Shown here piece after piece: positions 19,853-30,100 of a stretch of 64,000 nt of DNA (its first letter is position 1; the number at the start of each line of letters is the position of its first letter). A program made the position numbers and the translations under genes. Origin of the DNA: an uncultured Clostridia bacterium. GTDB lineage: Bacteria > Bacillota > Clostridia > Christensenellales > Borkfalkiaceae. The notes beneath the pieces are model-generated. The model was not told the origin of the DNA, did no database searches, and worked only from the letters and a program-made list of their open reading frames with translations. The DNA is taken from the NCBI GenBank assembly GCA_947631005.1, contig CANRJR010000009.1, positions 1,308 through 65,307 of the forward strand, written 5' to 3'.

Positions 19853-22800
19853 ATGAAAGGAATGAAAAGAGGACTGTTGACGTTCATTCTCGCAACGCTC
19901 GGCGCGTTGTGCCTCTTCCTCGCGGCATGCGACGGGGGGAAGATCAAATTCTCGTTCGAAACGAACGGCGGCACGGCGATCGAGGCGGCTACGGTGGAAA
20001 AGGGGGAAAACTTCACCCTGCCTACGCCCGAGCGCGAGGGGTATAGCTTCGAAGGCTGGTTCGACAACGCGTCGTTCAACGGGAACGCCGTAACGAGCGT
20101 CGTTGCCGAATCGAGCAAGAAATTCTACGCCAAATGGGAGCAAATGTACGCCATTACGCTGGAATTGGGCGGCGGCACGCTTCCCGCTTCGACCTACTAT
20201 TTGAAGGCGGGCGCGAACGTCTACGATTTCGTGAAAGACCTCGCGCCGACCAAAACAGGTTGGCAATTCGGCGCATGGTATCTCGGCGACGCCGAGCTTC
20301 CCCACAATACCGTGATGACGACGGCGGGGATCACCCTCTCCGCGCGCTATAAGGTGGGATATACGATAGAGGTCTATCAACAGAATCTCGCCCAAACGGG
20401 GTACGACAAAGGGGAAAACATCGTCGGATATGCCTATATCACCGACGCGCAATTCACGCCCGAGATCGACGTTACGGGATTCTCCCTCACGCCGACGGCG
20501 AAAGCCGACGAGATCCGTTCCAAAAAACTCACCGAAACCATGTCGGAGAACGTATTCCGCGTGTATCTCGACCGCGACGTGCAACGCGTCATCTTCAACC
20601 CCAACTATCCCGAGGGGAAAGCGGGGGAGGCGAAGTCGCTGGAAGCACTCTACGGCGCGGAGCTCGAACTTCCCGACGGGGAATTTTCCGCGGACGGATA
20701 TTTCATCACGGGCTGGGGCGTTTCGGGCACGGAAGAAGTGGGCGAAGAGACCTATGTTTCGCACTATATCGAACGGATCGCGGAGAACGGCGACGACATT
20801 GAACCCGATACGATCACGGTGACCGAACCGCTCGTGCTGTATGCCGTTTGGAGCAAGGGCTACACCGATATGTTCCGCGGCGTCGACCGCATCTATCTCA
20901 TCGGGGACGATCCCACGGCTTGCTACCTCGAACGCGAGGGAAGATATTTCAAGGGCATATACAATGCAACGACGGGTACGTTCGAGATCGAACCGCCCGA
21001 CGCCGACGCATTTTTGATGGGGAAACTCAAAGCGGACGGCACGTTCGTCTATTCCATGCCCAACCGCGCCGATATCGTTGCCACCTGCTATACGGTCGGT
21101 CTCATCCATCCTACCCAGAGGGTCATGCTCGATTCCTACGACGGCATCACCTATATCGAGCAGTCTCTCACGGGAGGGACGAGCTCGACTTCGACGGGCA
21201 GCTATACGCGGGACGACGAGGGCAACTTCGTTGCAACGTTCACCGATGGCATCTTCGCGGGTCAGACGATCACCCTGCGCGTGTTCCTCGCGAGCGTCGA
21301 CGGACAGCTCAACTATCTCTATCAGATCCGCGACGATGAAGAGTACAACATGGACACCCTCTTCTGCGGCGTGGTCGCAAGCGGCAGGCTCACCTATTAC
21401 ATCAACGACATGTATGCGATCGACCTCGACGGCTACGGCAATGCAACCTACAACACGGGGTCGAGACAGACGAATTATTATTATCTGCGCGACGGTGAAA
21501 CGCTCACCCTCCTCACGTCGAGCGGCGCAGAGTACGGCGTGTACCGCCTCATCGAGATTGAAGGTCACGACGCGTACGTCGAATACGACGAAACGCTCGA
21601 CGGCGAATTTACCGACGGGAGCGGCGCGACGCTCACCCTCGACGGGGCGTACAACGCCACCTATCGGAACGGCGATACGACGGCAAAGGGCTTGTACAAC
21701 ACGATGACTTCCATCTTCGGCGATCCCATCGTCGCGTTCAGCGCGGGAGACGAGACCTATGTGTTCACCGTGTCGCGCACGCAGACCAATCCCGAAGAAG
21801 AGGACGCGCCCGCGACATACCGTTACAGCTTTGTCAAGCGTCCCGCGGCATACGGCGAATATTACTACACCGACGGCTCGCAGAGATATTATACCCCGTT
21901 CATCGTCATGAACGAGACGACGGAAAACACCGCGTCCGTTTACGGCTATACGAGCAAGGGCGAATTCAAAAAGGTCGCGGAGGGAGCGGTCGTCTATAAC
22001 GAAGAGACGCACACCTATTCGTGGACTGCGGCGACGAACAATCCCATTCCCTATCCCGACGACATCTACGATACGCCCGTCGATCTGCACAATGTGCAGA
22101 ACATCGTGTTCGGGCTGGGCATGATGTCCTCCTCCACGGCGTCTTATCCCGTTTCCTATTGGTATTCCATGACGAAAAACGGCGAGACGACGCCCACCGA
22201 CTACACCGTGAAGTACACGGGGACATACCCCGCGACCGACGGCAAGCCCGCAAAGGCGGCGACGCTCACCCTCGTGAACGGCTTTGCCGTGTTGGCGATC
22301 GAGGGCGAGGAGACCGCGTTCGGCGGCTATTCCACCTCGAACAATGTCACGACGCTCGTCGTTACGGCGGGCGGGACGCAGTACACCTACCGTATTGAGC
22401 TCAACGACAGCGGTACGGAAAAGACATTCGTTTTCCTGCGCGGCTTCATCGGGTCTGCCTCGGAGTTAAAGACGGACCGCACGGTCGATTCCAACGTCAC
22501 CCTCGTCGGCGACGGCAAGGGCAATGTGGAGCTCGTCACCGTGACCCCCGCGCACGACGGCGTAGAGCAGACCGAAACGCGCGTCCAAGGCACGTTGACC
22601 GAGCTTGAAACCGACACGGCGTTCGGCAGTATGATCTATCGCTTCACGGCGAACGCGCCGAGCACTCTCACGTTCGATTTCCTGCTTCTCACCTCCACGT
22701 CGGGAACGCGGCGCACGACGAGCTTCTCGCGTCTCACGGCGGTGGCGGGCGAATACGACGAGGTCGACAAGCTCGGCAAGCTCACCCTCGACGGCTTCTG

Positions 22801-25066
22801 CTATCAGGCAGAATATATCGACGACGACGGCACGCGGTATTTCGGGAATTACTATTCGCCCGAGGAGAATGTGATACAGTTTGTGTCGGAGGACGGCGAC
22901 AGCTTCTGCTTCGACCTCGGCGCAGGCAAAACGTTCACCGTGCGCGACGGATGGCACGGCTCGTACCTCTTCATCACCAACCAGACGTTCGATAGCTATG
23001 TCCTCGAATTGGACGGCTACGGCGCGGCGAAACTCTATCATACCGAAGTTCCCGACGAAGCGGAAGATCAACCGGGCGAGGGCGGCACGCAGAGCGGCAC
23101 CGCCGTGCGCAGGTTGGTCGGCGAGGGAACGTACGTAAAGGGCGAAGATACGTTCACGCTCACCTTCCTCGAAGGCGACAAGGCGGGCATCTACATCGGC
23201 TCGATCAACACCGTTCAGATCAGCGGGTACTCGGGGTCGTACAGAGCCTTCCTCGTCGAGGACAAAGGACTGCGCAACACCTTCCTCAACGTCGACGATT
23301 GGACGATCATCACCCTCAACGGCTACGGCAGCGCGATCCGCTACAACCAATACGGTTCGGCAGAACGGGGACGCTACACCGTCATCAGCAACAACCTCTT
23401 CTACTATGTGAACAGCACGTCCACCGACGCGGGCGTTTACAGCTACAACACCGTGAACGGGACGGTCAAGCATAAGACGTTGCCCTCGACGGCGTACTAC
23501 ACCCAAAATCTCGACGCGCTGCTCTTCTCGCCCTACGGGTATATGATCTTCAACAACGCGGATCAGTACTTCTACGACATCGACGACGACGGCAACGTTA
23601 CCATCTACCTCCGCGACGTCGACAATGCGAAGGCGAACGAATTCGGGTTTGTCTCCATTGCCATCGGGAAGCTCGACGAGCACAAGAATTTCCACGACTA
23701 CGACGACGCGTTCGTCGACGCGGAGTACTCGCTTGCTTCGGGGTATGAGATCACGTTCAAACGCGAAGCGGCGACCAAAGACGACTATCCCGTGCAGGTG
23801 GGCTCGGGCGATGCGCAGAGGAGCGCGCCGCTCGCCGACCTCATGTTCGCCCCCGCAGGCGGCGAGGAATACAACGTTGCCGCCCACGTCACCATCGACG
23901 GGACGAACTATTCGGGACGGGTGTACCGCGAAGTCGTCGACAACGGCGACGGAACAAAGACCGCACGGCTCTATTTCCTGTACCAGTCGACCTTGCGCTT
24001 CGACATCAACGTGACGTACAACGGCGAGGACAACGCGACGTATTCGATCACCCAGCTTCGACGGATCGTTCCCGTGCAGTCCAACTTGTTCATCAACACA
24101 TACACCTTGCTCTACTCGATGTTGGGTTCGACGGCGAACACGCTCCGAGATTCCATCGGGGCGATCGAGATCGTCACCGAATACGGCACAGACGGCAAGT
24201 CGGGCGACACGTATATCAATGCGGACTTCGGCGAAGATTCGATCCTCTACGGCTACCGTTTGGAAAAGGTCGCCTATGTTTACGATGAAGATGCGCAGGA
24301 GTACATCGTCGACCTGCCCGAAAAGGCGTTCGAGATCGACAGCGAAGGCAAGCAAGTTCCCGCAACGCCCGACGAATACAGCTACAAGCTGCATTTCCAA
24401 CTGTCGTACAACGTCTATTATTACAGCGTGTTCCGCGGCAACGTGGTCGGGTACGACTGCACCCTCACCCGCGCCGAGACGTTGCAAACGACGATCGACG
24501 GTCAGGCGGCTACGGTCATCGCCGAGCGCGTCGTCGCGAGCGATCTGACTGTCAATGCGGTCGGTTCGCACTACACCGCCTCCATCAAGATCGGCGAGAG
24601 CGAAGTGAAGAGATCGGATTTCTTCGAATTCGACAACAAGCTGTACTTCATCTCGCGGGAACGCGAACAGATCACCGACGAGAGCGGAGCGGTCAGCTAC
24701 GGCAAGGTCATTTCGTCCACCTATTACACGCTCGCCTACACCGAGGAGGAGGGGAGCGTTGCGGGTGAAACGCTGAAAAAGCTCGAAAGCGTCACCGTTC
24801 AGAAGTATAGCGCGACCGTCTACAACAACGATAGCGGTGCCAGCGGCGAGATCTTGGAAGTGGTGGCGGGCATCGGCGAAAACGGCGAAGATGCGATCGT
24901 TGCTTTCACGCACCTTCACACGAAGTACTTTGTCACGAAGTGCACCTACGATGCGGCAACCAAGACATACACGGTCGAAACGTCGTCGCTTCGCAAGTAC
25001 GCGATCACCGTCACCGACGAGACGGAAAAAACCGTAACGGTCAAGGCGATCGTCGAACAGTCATAA
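19853..25066 (+). CDS. 1,737-aa lipoprotein: three or four InlB B-repeats followed by about 1,400 aa with no domain I recognise
   Basis: Lipobox LFLAAC|D. GYSFEGWF, GWQFGAWY and FITGWGV motifs. RBS aggaga. Recurrent L(D/N)GYG.A..Y motif (DNA 21425, 21638, 22781, 23006, 23311). Confidence 0.8.
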   Translation: MKGMKRGLLTFILATLGALCLFLAACDGGKIKFSFETNGGTAIEAATVEKGENFTLPTPEREGYSFEGWFDNASFNGNAVTSVVAESSKKFYAKWEQMYAITLELGGGTLPASTYYLKAGANVYDFVKDLAPTKTGWQFGAWYLGDAELPHNTVMTTAGITLSARYKVGYTIEVYQQNLAQTGYDKGENIVGYAYITDAQFTPEIDVTGFSLTPTAKADEIRSKKLTETMSENVFRVYLDRDVQRVIFNPNYPEGKAGEAKSLEALYGAELELPDGEFSADGYFITGWGVSGTEEVGEETYVSHYIERIAENGDDIEPDTITVTEPLVLYAVWSKGYTDMFRGVDRIYLIGDDPTACYLEREGRYFKGIYNATTGTFEIEPPDADAFLMGKLKADGTFVYSMPNRADIVATCYTVGLIHPTQRVMLDSYDGITYIEQSLTGGTSSTSTGSYTRDDEGNFVATFTDGIFAGQTITLRVFLASVDGQLNYLYQIRDDEEYNMDTLFCGVVASGRLTYYINDMYAIDLDGYGNATYNTGSRQTNYYYLRDGETLTLLTSSGAEYGVYRLIEIEGHDAYVEYDETLDGEFTDGSGATLTLDGAYNATYRNGDTTAKGLYNTMTSIFGDPIVAFSAGDETYVFTVSRTQTNPEEEDAPATYRYSFVKRPAAYGEYYYTDGSQRYYTPFIVMNETTENTASVYGYTSKGEFKKVAEGAVVYNEETHTYSWTAATNNPIPYPDDIYDTPVDLHNVQNIVFGLGMMSSSTASYPVSYWYSMTKNGETTPTDYTVKYTGTYPATDGKPAKAATLTLVNGFAVLAIEGEETAFGGYSTSNNVTTLVVTAGGTQYTYRIELNDSGTEKTFVFLRGFIGSASELKTDRTVDSNVTLVGDGKGNVELVTVTPAHDGVEQTETRVQGTLTELETDTAFGSMIYRFTANAPSTLTFDFLLLTSTSGTRRTTSFSRLTAVAGEYDEVDKLGKLTLDGFCYQAEYIDDDGTRYFGNYYSPEENVIQFVSEDGDSFCFDLGAGKTFTVRDGWHGSYLFITNQTFDSYVLELDGYGAAKLYHTEVPDEAEDQPGEGGTQSGTAVRRLVGEGTYVKGEDTFTLTFLEGDKAGIYIGSINTVQISGYSGSYRAFLVEDKGLRNTFLNVDDWTIITLNGYGSAIRYNQYGSAERGRYTVISNNLFYYVNSTSTDAGVYSYNTVNGTVKHKTLPSTAYYTQNLDALLFSPYGYMIFNNADQYFYDIDDDGNVTIYLRDVDNAKANEFGFVSIAIGKLDEHKNFHDYDDAFVDAEYSLASGYEITFKREAATKDDYPVQVGSGDAQRSAPLADLMFAPAGGEEYNVAAHVTIDGTNYSGRVYREVVDNGDGTKTARLYFLYQSTLRFDINVTYNGEDNATYSITQLRRIVPVQSNLFINTYTLLYSMLGSTANTLRDSIGAIEIVTEYGTDGKSGDTYINADFGEDSILYGYRLEKVAYVYDEDAQEYIVDLPEKAFEIDSEGKQVPATPDEYSYKLHFQLSYNVYYYSVFRGNVVGYDCTLTRAETLQTTIDGQAATVIAERVVASDLTVNAVGSHYTASIKIGESEVKRSDFFEFDNKLYFISREREQITDESGAVSYGKVISSTYYTLAYTEEEGSVAGETLKKLESVTVQKYSATVYNNDSGASGEILEVVAGIGENGEDAIVAFTHLHTKYFVTKCTYDAATKTYTVETSSLRKYAITVTDETEKTVTVKAIVEQS

Positions 25067-25082
25067 CTTTCCATAAGGACGA

Positions 25083-25105
25083 GGGGCGGGAGACCGCCCC
25101 TTTTT
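25083..25105 (+). terminator. Rho-independent terminator closing the surface-protein operon
   Basis: ggggcgg-gaga-ccgcccc followed by ttttt, 17 nt after the stop. Confidence 0.75.
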
Positions 25106-25172
25106 CTTGTAGGTTGGAGAGTTTATAGGAAAGTTTTATAAGTTTTACTTATGGTTTATATAAAAAAATTGA

Positions 25173-26597
<1,425 letters not shown>

Positions 26598-26778
26598 CCC
26601 CGAACCATTCGGCTGTTCGGAGGACGGAAGCCGCGGAAAAAGTTGAGCGTTTTATGAAGCCCCTGCGTCGGAAAGGCGCGGGGGCTCTTGCCGTCACGGG
26701 CATAGCCGTGCGAAAAGCGCGGGTTTTTCGGGGCAATTCGGTTGTATTTTGCCGCAGGGTATGATATACTATAACGGT

Positions 26779-27861
26779 ATGAAAGAGAATCAACCGACAT
26801 CAGAAGTTTTGTTCCAAACCGAAACGACCCAAACGGTGCAGATAACCTCTCCCGAAACGCCCGAACCGTCGCAAACCGAACGTTCGGAGGCGGCGCACGA
26901 ATCGGACGCGGCGCAGACGGTGCAGACGGAGGAACAGCCCTCCCCCAACGGGACGGGCGGCAAAAACGGCGCGGTCGTCTTTCTTGCCGACATCCTGCGC
27001 GGGGCGGCGATCGGCGTTGCGTTCATCATTCCGGGATTCTCTGGCGGGTCGGTCGCCGCCATCCTCGGCATCTACGAAAAGCTCGTCGGGGCGATCGCAG
27101 ACATCTTTCGCACGTTCAAAAAGAGCATTCTCACCCTTTTGCCCATCGCGATCGGGATGCTGCTCGGCATCGCCGCGCTCATCCTGCCCATCCAATGGGG
27201 GCTGGCGCACTATCCCATTCCCACGGTCTCGCTGTTTGTGGGGCTCGCAATCGGCGGACTTCCCTCGGTGAAAGACAAGGTAAAGGGCAAGCCGACGCTT
27301 CCGAACGCGGCGGCGTTCCTCATTCCGTGCGCGCTGGCGGCGTGCCTGTGCTTTATTCCCGTAGCCAACCGCGCCGACGATTTCCTCTTCCACCTGAACG
27401 CGGGGGGATATCTTCTGCTCGTCCTCATCGGGCTGGTTGGGTCGTGCGCGCTCGTCGTCCCGGGGATCTCGGGGTCGATGCTTCTGCTCATCTTCGGCTA
27501 TTATACGCCCATCGTCAAGCTCGTCACCGATCACCTGTTGCGGGGGAGCGACGTGGGGATCAGCCTCGCCGTACTCGCCTGCGCGGGCGTGGGCGTGGTC
27601 GCGGGATTCTTCCTCATCTCGGTGCTCATGCGCTTTTTGCTGAAAAAATTCCCGCGGGGGACGTATTACGCCATTCTCGGCTTTATCGTCGGGTCGATCG
27701 TCGCCGTGTATTCCACGACGGTGAAAGACACGCCCGCCGCGCTCGCGCCGCTCTATCAAAGCCCGTGGTATTGGATCGTCTCCGCGTTGCTGCTCGTCGT
27801 CGGCGTCGCGCTATCCCTGCTGCTTTATTGGTATTCCAAACGAAAGGAAAAACAGTCTTAA
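26779..27861 (+). CDS. DUF368-family membrane protein (family implicated in undecaprenyl-phosphate recycling) with an acidic T/E/Q-rich N-terminal extension
   Basis: Duplicated DUF368 signatures IIPGFSGGSVAAILGIYEKL and VVPGISGSMLLLIFGYY. About 8 TM segments. The start is ambiguous (26749, 26761 or 26779). Confidence 0.85.
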   Translation: MKENQPTSEVLFQTETTQTVQITSPETPEPSQTERSEAAHESDAAQTVQTEEQPSPNGTGGKNGAVVFLADILRGAAIGVAFIIPGFSGGSVAAILGIYEKLVGAIADIFRTFKKSILTLLPIAIGMLLGIAALILPIQWGLAHYPIPTVSLFVGLAIGGLPSVKDKVKGKPTLPNAAAFLIPCALAACLCFIPVANRADDFLFHLNAGGYLLLVLIGLVGSCALVVPGISGSMLLLIFGYYTPIVKLVTDHLLRGSDVGISLAVLACAGVGVVAGFFLISVLMRFLLKKFPRGTYYAILGFIVGSIVAVYSTTVKDTPAALAPLYQSPWYWIVSALLLVVGVALSLLLYWYSKRKEKQS

Positions 27862-27866
27862 ACCGA

Positions 27867-27889
27867 CCCCGCCGTATCGGCGGGGTTTT
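27867..27889 (+). terminator. Rho-independent terminator
   Basis: ccccgccg-tat-cggcgggg followed by tttt. Confidence 0.7.
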
Positions 27890-27910
27890 CGCAAAACTGC
27901 CGCTTTTTAG

Positions 27911-27939
27911 TTGATTAAACGGCGAAGATATGGTATAAT
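27911..27939 (+). promoter_or_regulatory. SigA-type promoter (TTGATT-N17-TATAAT) of the ABC-F gene
   Basis: Exact 17-nt spacing; -10 lies 30 nt upstream of the ATG. Confidence 0.55.
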
Positions 27940-27968
27940 CGCTTTCGGAAACAGAAAACGAGGTCAAC

Positions 27969-29546
27969 ATGTTACAGGTCAACGGGGTCAGTCTGCAATA
28001 CGGAAGCAAGAAGCTGTTCGAGGACGTCAACTTAAAATTCACCAAGGGGAACTGCTACGGCATCATCGGCGCGAACGGCGCGGGCAAGTCCACCTTCCTC
28101 AAAGTGCTCTCGGGGGAGATCGAACCCAACAAGGGGGAGGTCGTCCTCGACAAGAACGAGCGCATGTCCGTGCTCGCGCAGAACCAGAACAAATACGATT
28201 ACGAAACGGTGCTGCGCACCGTCATGCTCGGGCACAAGCGGCTCGTGGAGATCATGGACGAGAAGGACGCCCTCTACGCGCATACCGACTTTACCGAGGA
28301 GGACGGCGAACGGGCGGCGGAGCTCGAAAGCGAGTTTGCCGAACTCGGCGGCTGGGAGGCGGAGAGCGAGGCGCAGACCCTGCTCAACGAGCTCGATATC
28401 CCCAACGAATATCACTACATGACGATGGGGGAGCTCGACGCCAAACAAAAGGTGCGCGTTTTGCTCGCGCAGGCACTCTTTGGCAACCCCGACGTCCTGC
28501 TCTTGGACGAGCCCACCAACAATCTCGATTTAAAAACGGTGCGCTGGCTCGAAAATTATTTGCTCGATTTCGAGAACGCCATCATCATCGTGTCGCACAA
28601 CCGCCACTTCCTCAACAAGGTCTGCACGCACATTTGCGACGTCGATTTCGGGAAGATCAATCTCTATCTCGGCAATTACGATTTTTGGTATCAGACCTCC
28701 CAACTTCTCGCGCGGCAGCAGCGGGACGCCAACAAAAAGGCGGAACAGCGCGCGCAGGAGCTCAAAGATTTCATCGCGCGGTTTGCGGCGAACGCGTCCA
28801 AATCGCGGCAGGCGACGTCGCGCAAAAAGGAGCTCGAAAAGCTCACCATATCCGACTTCAAACCCTCCCTGCGCAAATATCCGTTCATCGACTTCAAGAG
28901 CGAGCGGGAGATCGGGAACGATATTCTATCCGTCGAGGGGCTCTGCAAAAAGGGCTACTTCGAGGACGTGACGTTCACCGTGCAAAAGGGGGATAAGATT
29001 GGGATCTTGGCGGACAAGTCGACCACCGTGACCATGCTCTACGATATCCTCACGGGCAAGACGGAGTCGGACGCGGGCACGGTGAAGTGGGGGAAAACCA
29101 TCACGGCTTCCTACTTCCCGGTCGACAACGGCGAGTTTTTCGACGGGTGCGACCTCACCCTCGTGCAGTGGCTCTCGCAGTTCTCCAAAGACCATTACGA
29201 GGAATATTTGCGCGGCTGGCTGGGACGGATGCTGTTCTCGGGCGAAGAGGCTCTCAAACAGGCAAAAGTACTCTCGGGCGGCGAAAAGGTGCGGTGCATG
29301 CTCGCCAAAATGATGCTCGAGGGGGGAAACTTCCTCATCTTCGACGAGCCGACCAACCACCTCGACCTCGAATCCATCACCTCGCTCAACAACGGGCTCA
29401 CCGCGTTCAAGGGGTGCATGTTGCTCACGTCGCACGATCAGGAACTCATGAATACCGTCTGCAATCGCATTCTCGTGCTCGAAGGCGGGAAAAAGAAGTT
29501 CGATAAGAACGTGACGTTCGACGAATATCTTGATTTGCAGGCGTAA
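27969..29546 (+). CDS. ABC-F family ATPase (two ABC domains, no TM; translation-factor type, YbiT/EttA-like)
   Basis: Two Walker A sites are expected. GANGAGKST is visible in domain 1. LSGGEKVR signature in domain 2. Inter-domain linker QRDANKKAEQRAQELKDFIARF. Confidence 0.88.
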   Translation: MLQVNGVSLQYGSKKLFEDVNLKFTKGNCYGIIGANGAGKSTFLKVLSGEIEPNKGEVVLDKNERMSVLAQNQNKYDYETVLRTVMLGHKRLVEIMDEKDALYAHTDFTEEDGERAAELESEFAELGGWEAESEAQTLLNELDIPNEYHYMTMGELDAKQKVRVLLAQALFGNPDVLLLDEPTNNLDLKTVRWLENYLLDFENAIIIVSHNRHFLNKVCTHICDVDFGKINLYLGNYDFWYQTSQLLARQQRDANKKAEQRAQELKDFIARFAANASKSRQATSRKKELEKLTISDFKPSLRKYPFIDFKSEREIGNDILSVEGLCKKGYFEDVTFTVQKGDKIGILADKSTTVTMLYDILTGKTESDAGTVKWGKTITASYFPVDNGEFFDGCDLTLVQWLSQFSKDHYEEYLRGWLGRMLFSGEEALKQAKVLSGGEKVRCMLAKMMLEGGNFLIFDEPTNHLDLESITSLNNGLTAFKGCMLLTSHDQELMNTVCNRILVLEGGKKKFDKNVTFDEYLDLQA

Positions 29547-29552
29547 AGCTAT

Positions 29553-29595
29553 TCACGAAATTTTGTTTTTGCTTCGCCAAAATAAAATTTCGTGA
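29553..29595 (+). terminator. Long AT-rich hairpin after the ABC-F gene
   Basis: tcacgaaatttt (29553-29564) pairs with aaaatttcgtga (29584-29595). Confidence 0.45.
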
Positions 29596-29746
29596 TAGAA
29601 ACTGACTTTCTCTTAAATTAGAGCCCGTCCTCAAAGATGGTATGTAAGACAATAAGCCGCAAGTGTGCGGCAAATTGGGGCGCGCAGCGGAAAAGCGTGG
29701 TTTTCCTCGCGCCGTTATTTTGGAAGCCTGAAAGGCGTTTTTAATA

Positions 29747-29854
29747 TGTCATGTTGAGCCAAAGCCCCGTGCCGAGTAGGCACGGGGCTTTGTGTCGAAA
29801 CATCTCCCTTATTATAAGACTGCGGGAGATTTCTCGACTACGCTCGAAATGACA
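29747..29854. repeat. REP/MITE-like intergenic element, copy 1 (hairpin module + GGGAGATTTCTCGAC...TCGAAATGACA module)
   Basis: tgtcatgttgagccaaagccccgtgccgagtaggcacggggctttgtgtcgaaacat aligns with 57390-57446. atctccc...attataa...gggagatttctcgactacgctcgaaatgaca aligns with modules at 57100-57200. Confidence 0.75.
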
Positions 29855-30039
29855 TATTGGAACGCTTTCTTGCTTCCAAAATGTAATTCCTTATTCCCTC
29901 GCAAAAAAGACGGAGTTGCTTGCATTGTCAAAATTCACAAAATTGTCGTCGAAAAGGGGCGATTTCGGTCGATTCGACAATTTTGGACAAAATTCCATGA
30001 ATTTTGTAAATAATTCTTTGAATTTTGTACAAAAATGAC

Positions 30040-30068
30040 TTTACAAAAATGAAAATGCGTTTTATAAT
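30040..30068 (+). promoter_or_regulatory. SigA-type promoter upstream of spo0A (TTTACA-N17-TATAAT)
   Basis: -35 at 30040-30045, -10 at 30063-30068, 33 nt upstream of the ATG. Confidence 0.5.
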
Positions 30069-30100
30069 GCAGTTACCAACAAAAATCACGGGGGAACATC

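Noticed and set aside
29793-29799. Perfect TGTCGAA 0A box upstream of spo0A
   Set aside because: It lies inside the dispersed repeat module. The other copy of the module (57390-57446) has a mismatched version, so the match is probably incidental to the repeat. It is kept only as a note within the repeat finding.
29985-30003. Candidate SigH-type promoter (GGA ... GAAT) for spo0A
   Set aside because: The gap between the GGA and GAAT elements is about 11 nt, against about 17-18 nt expected from the Bacillus SigH consensus as I recall it.
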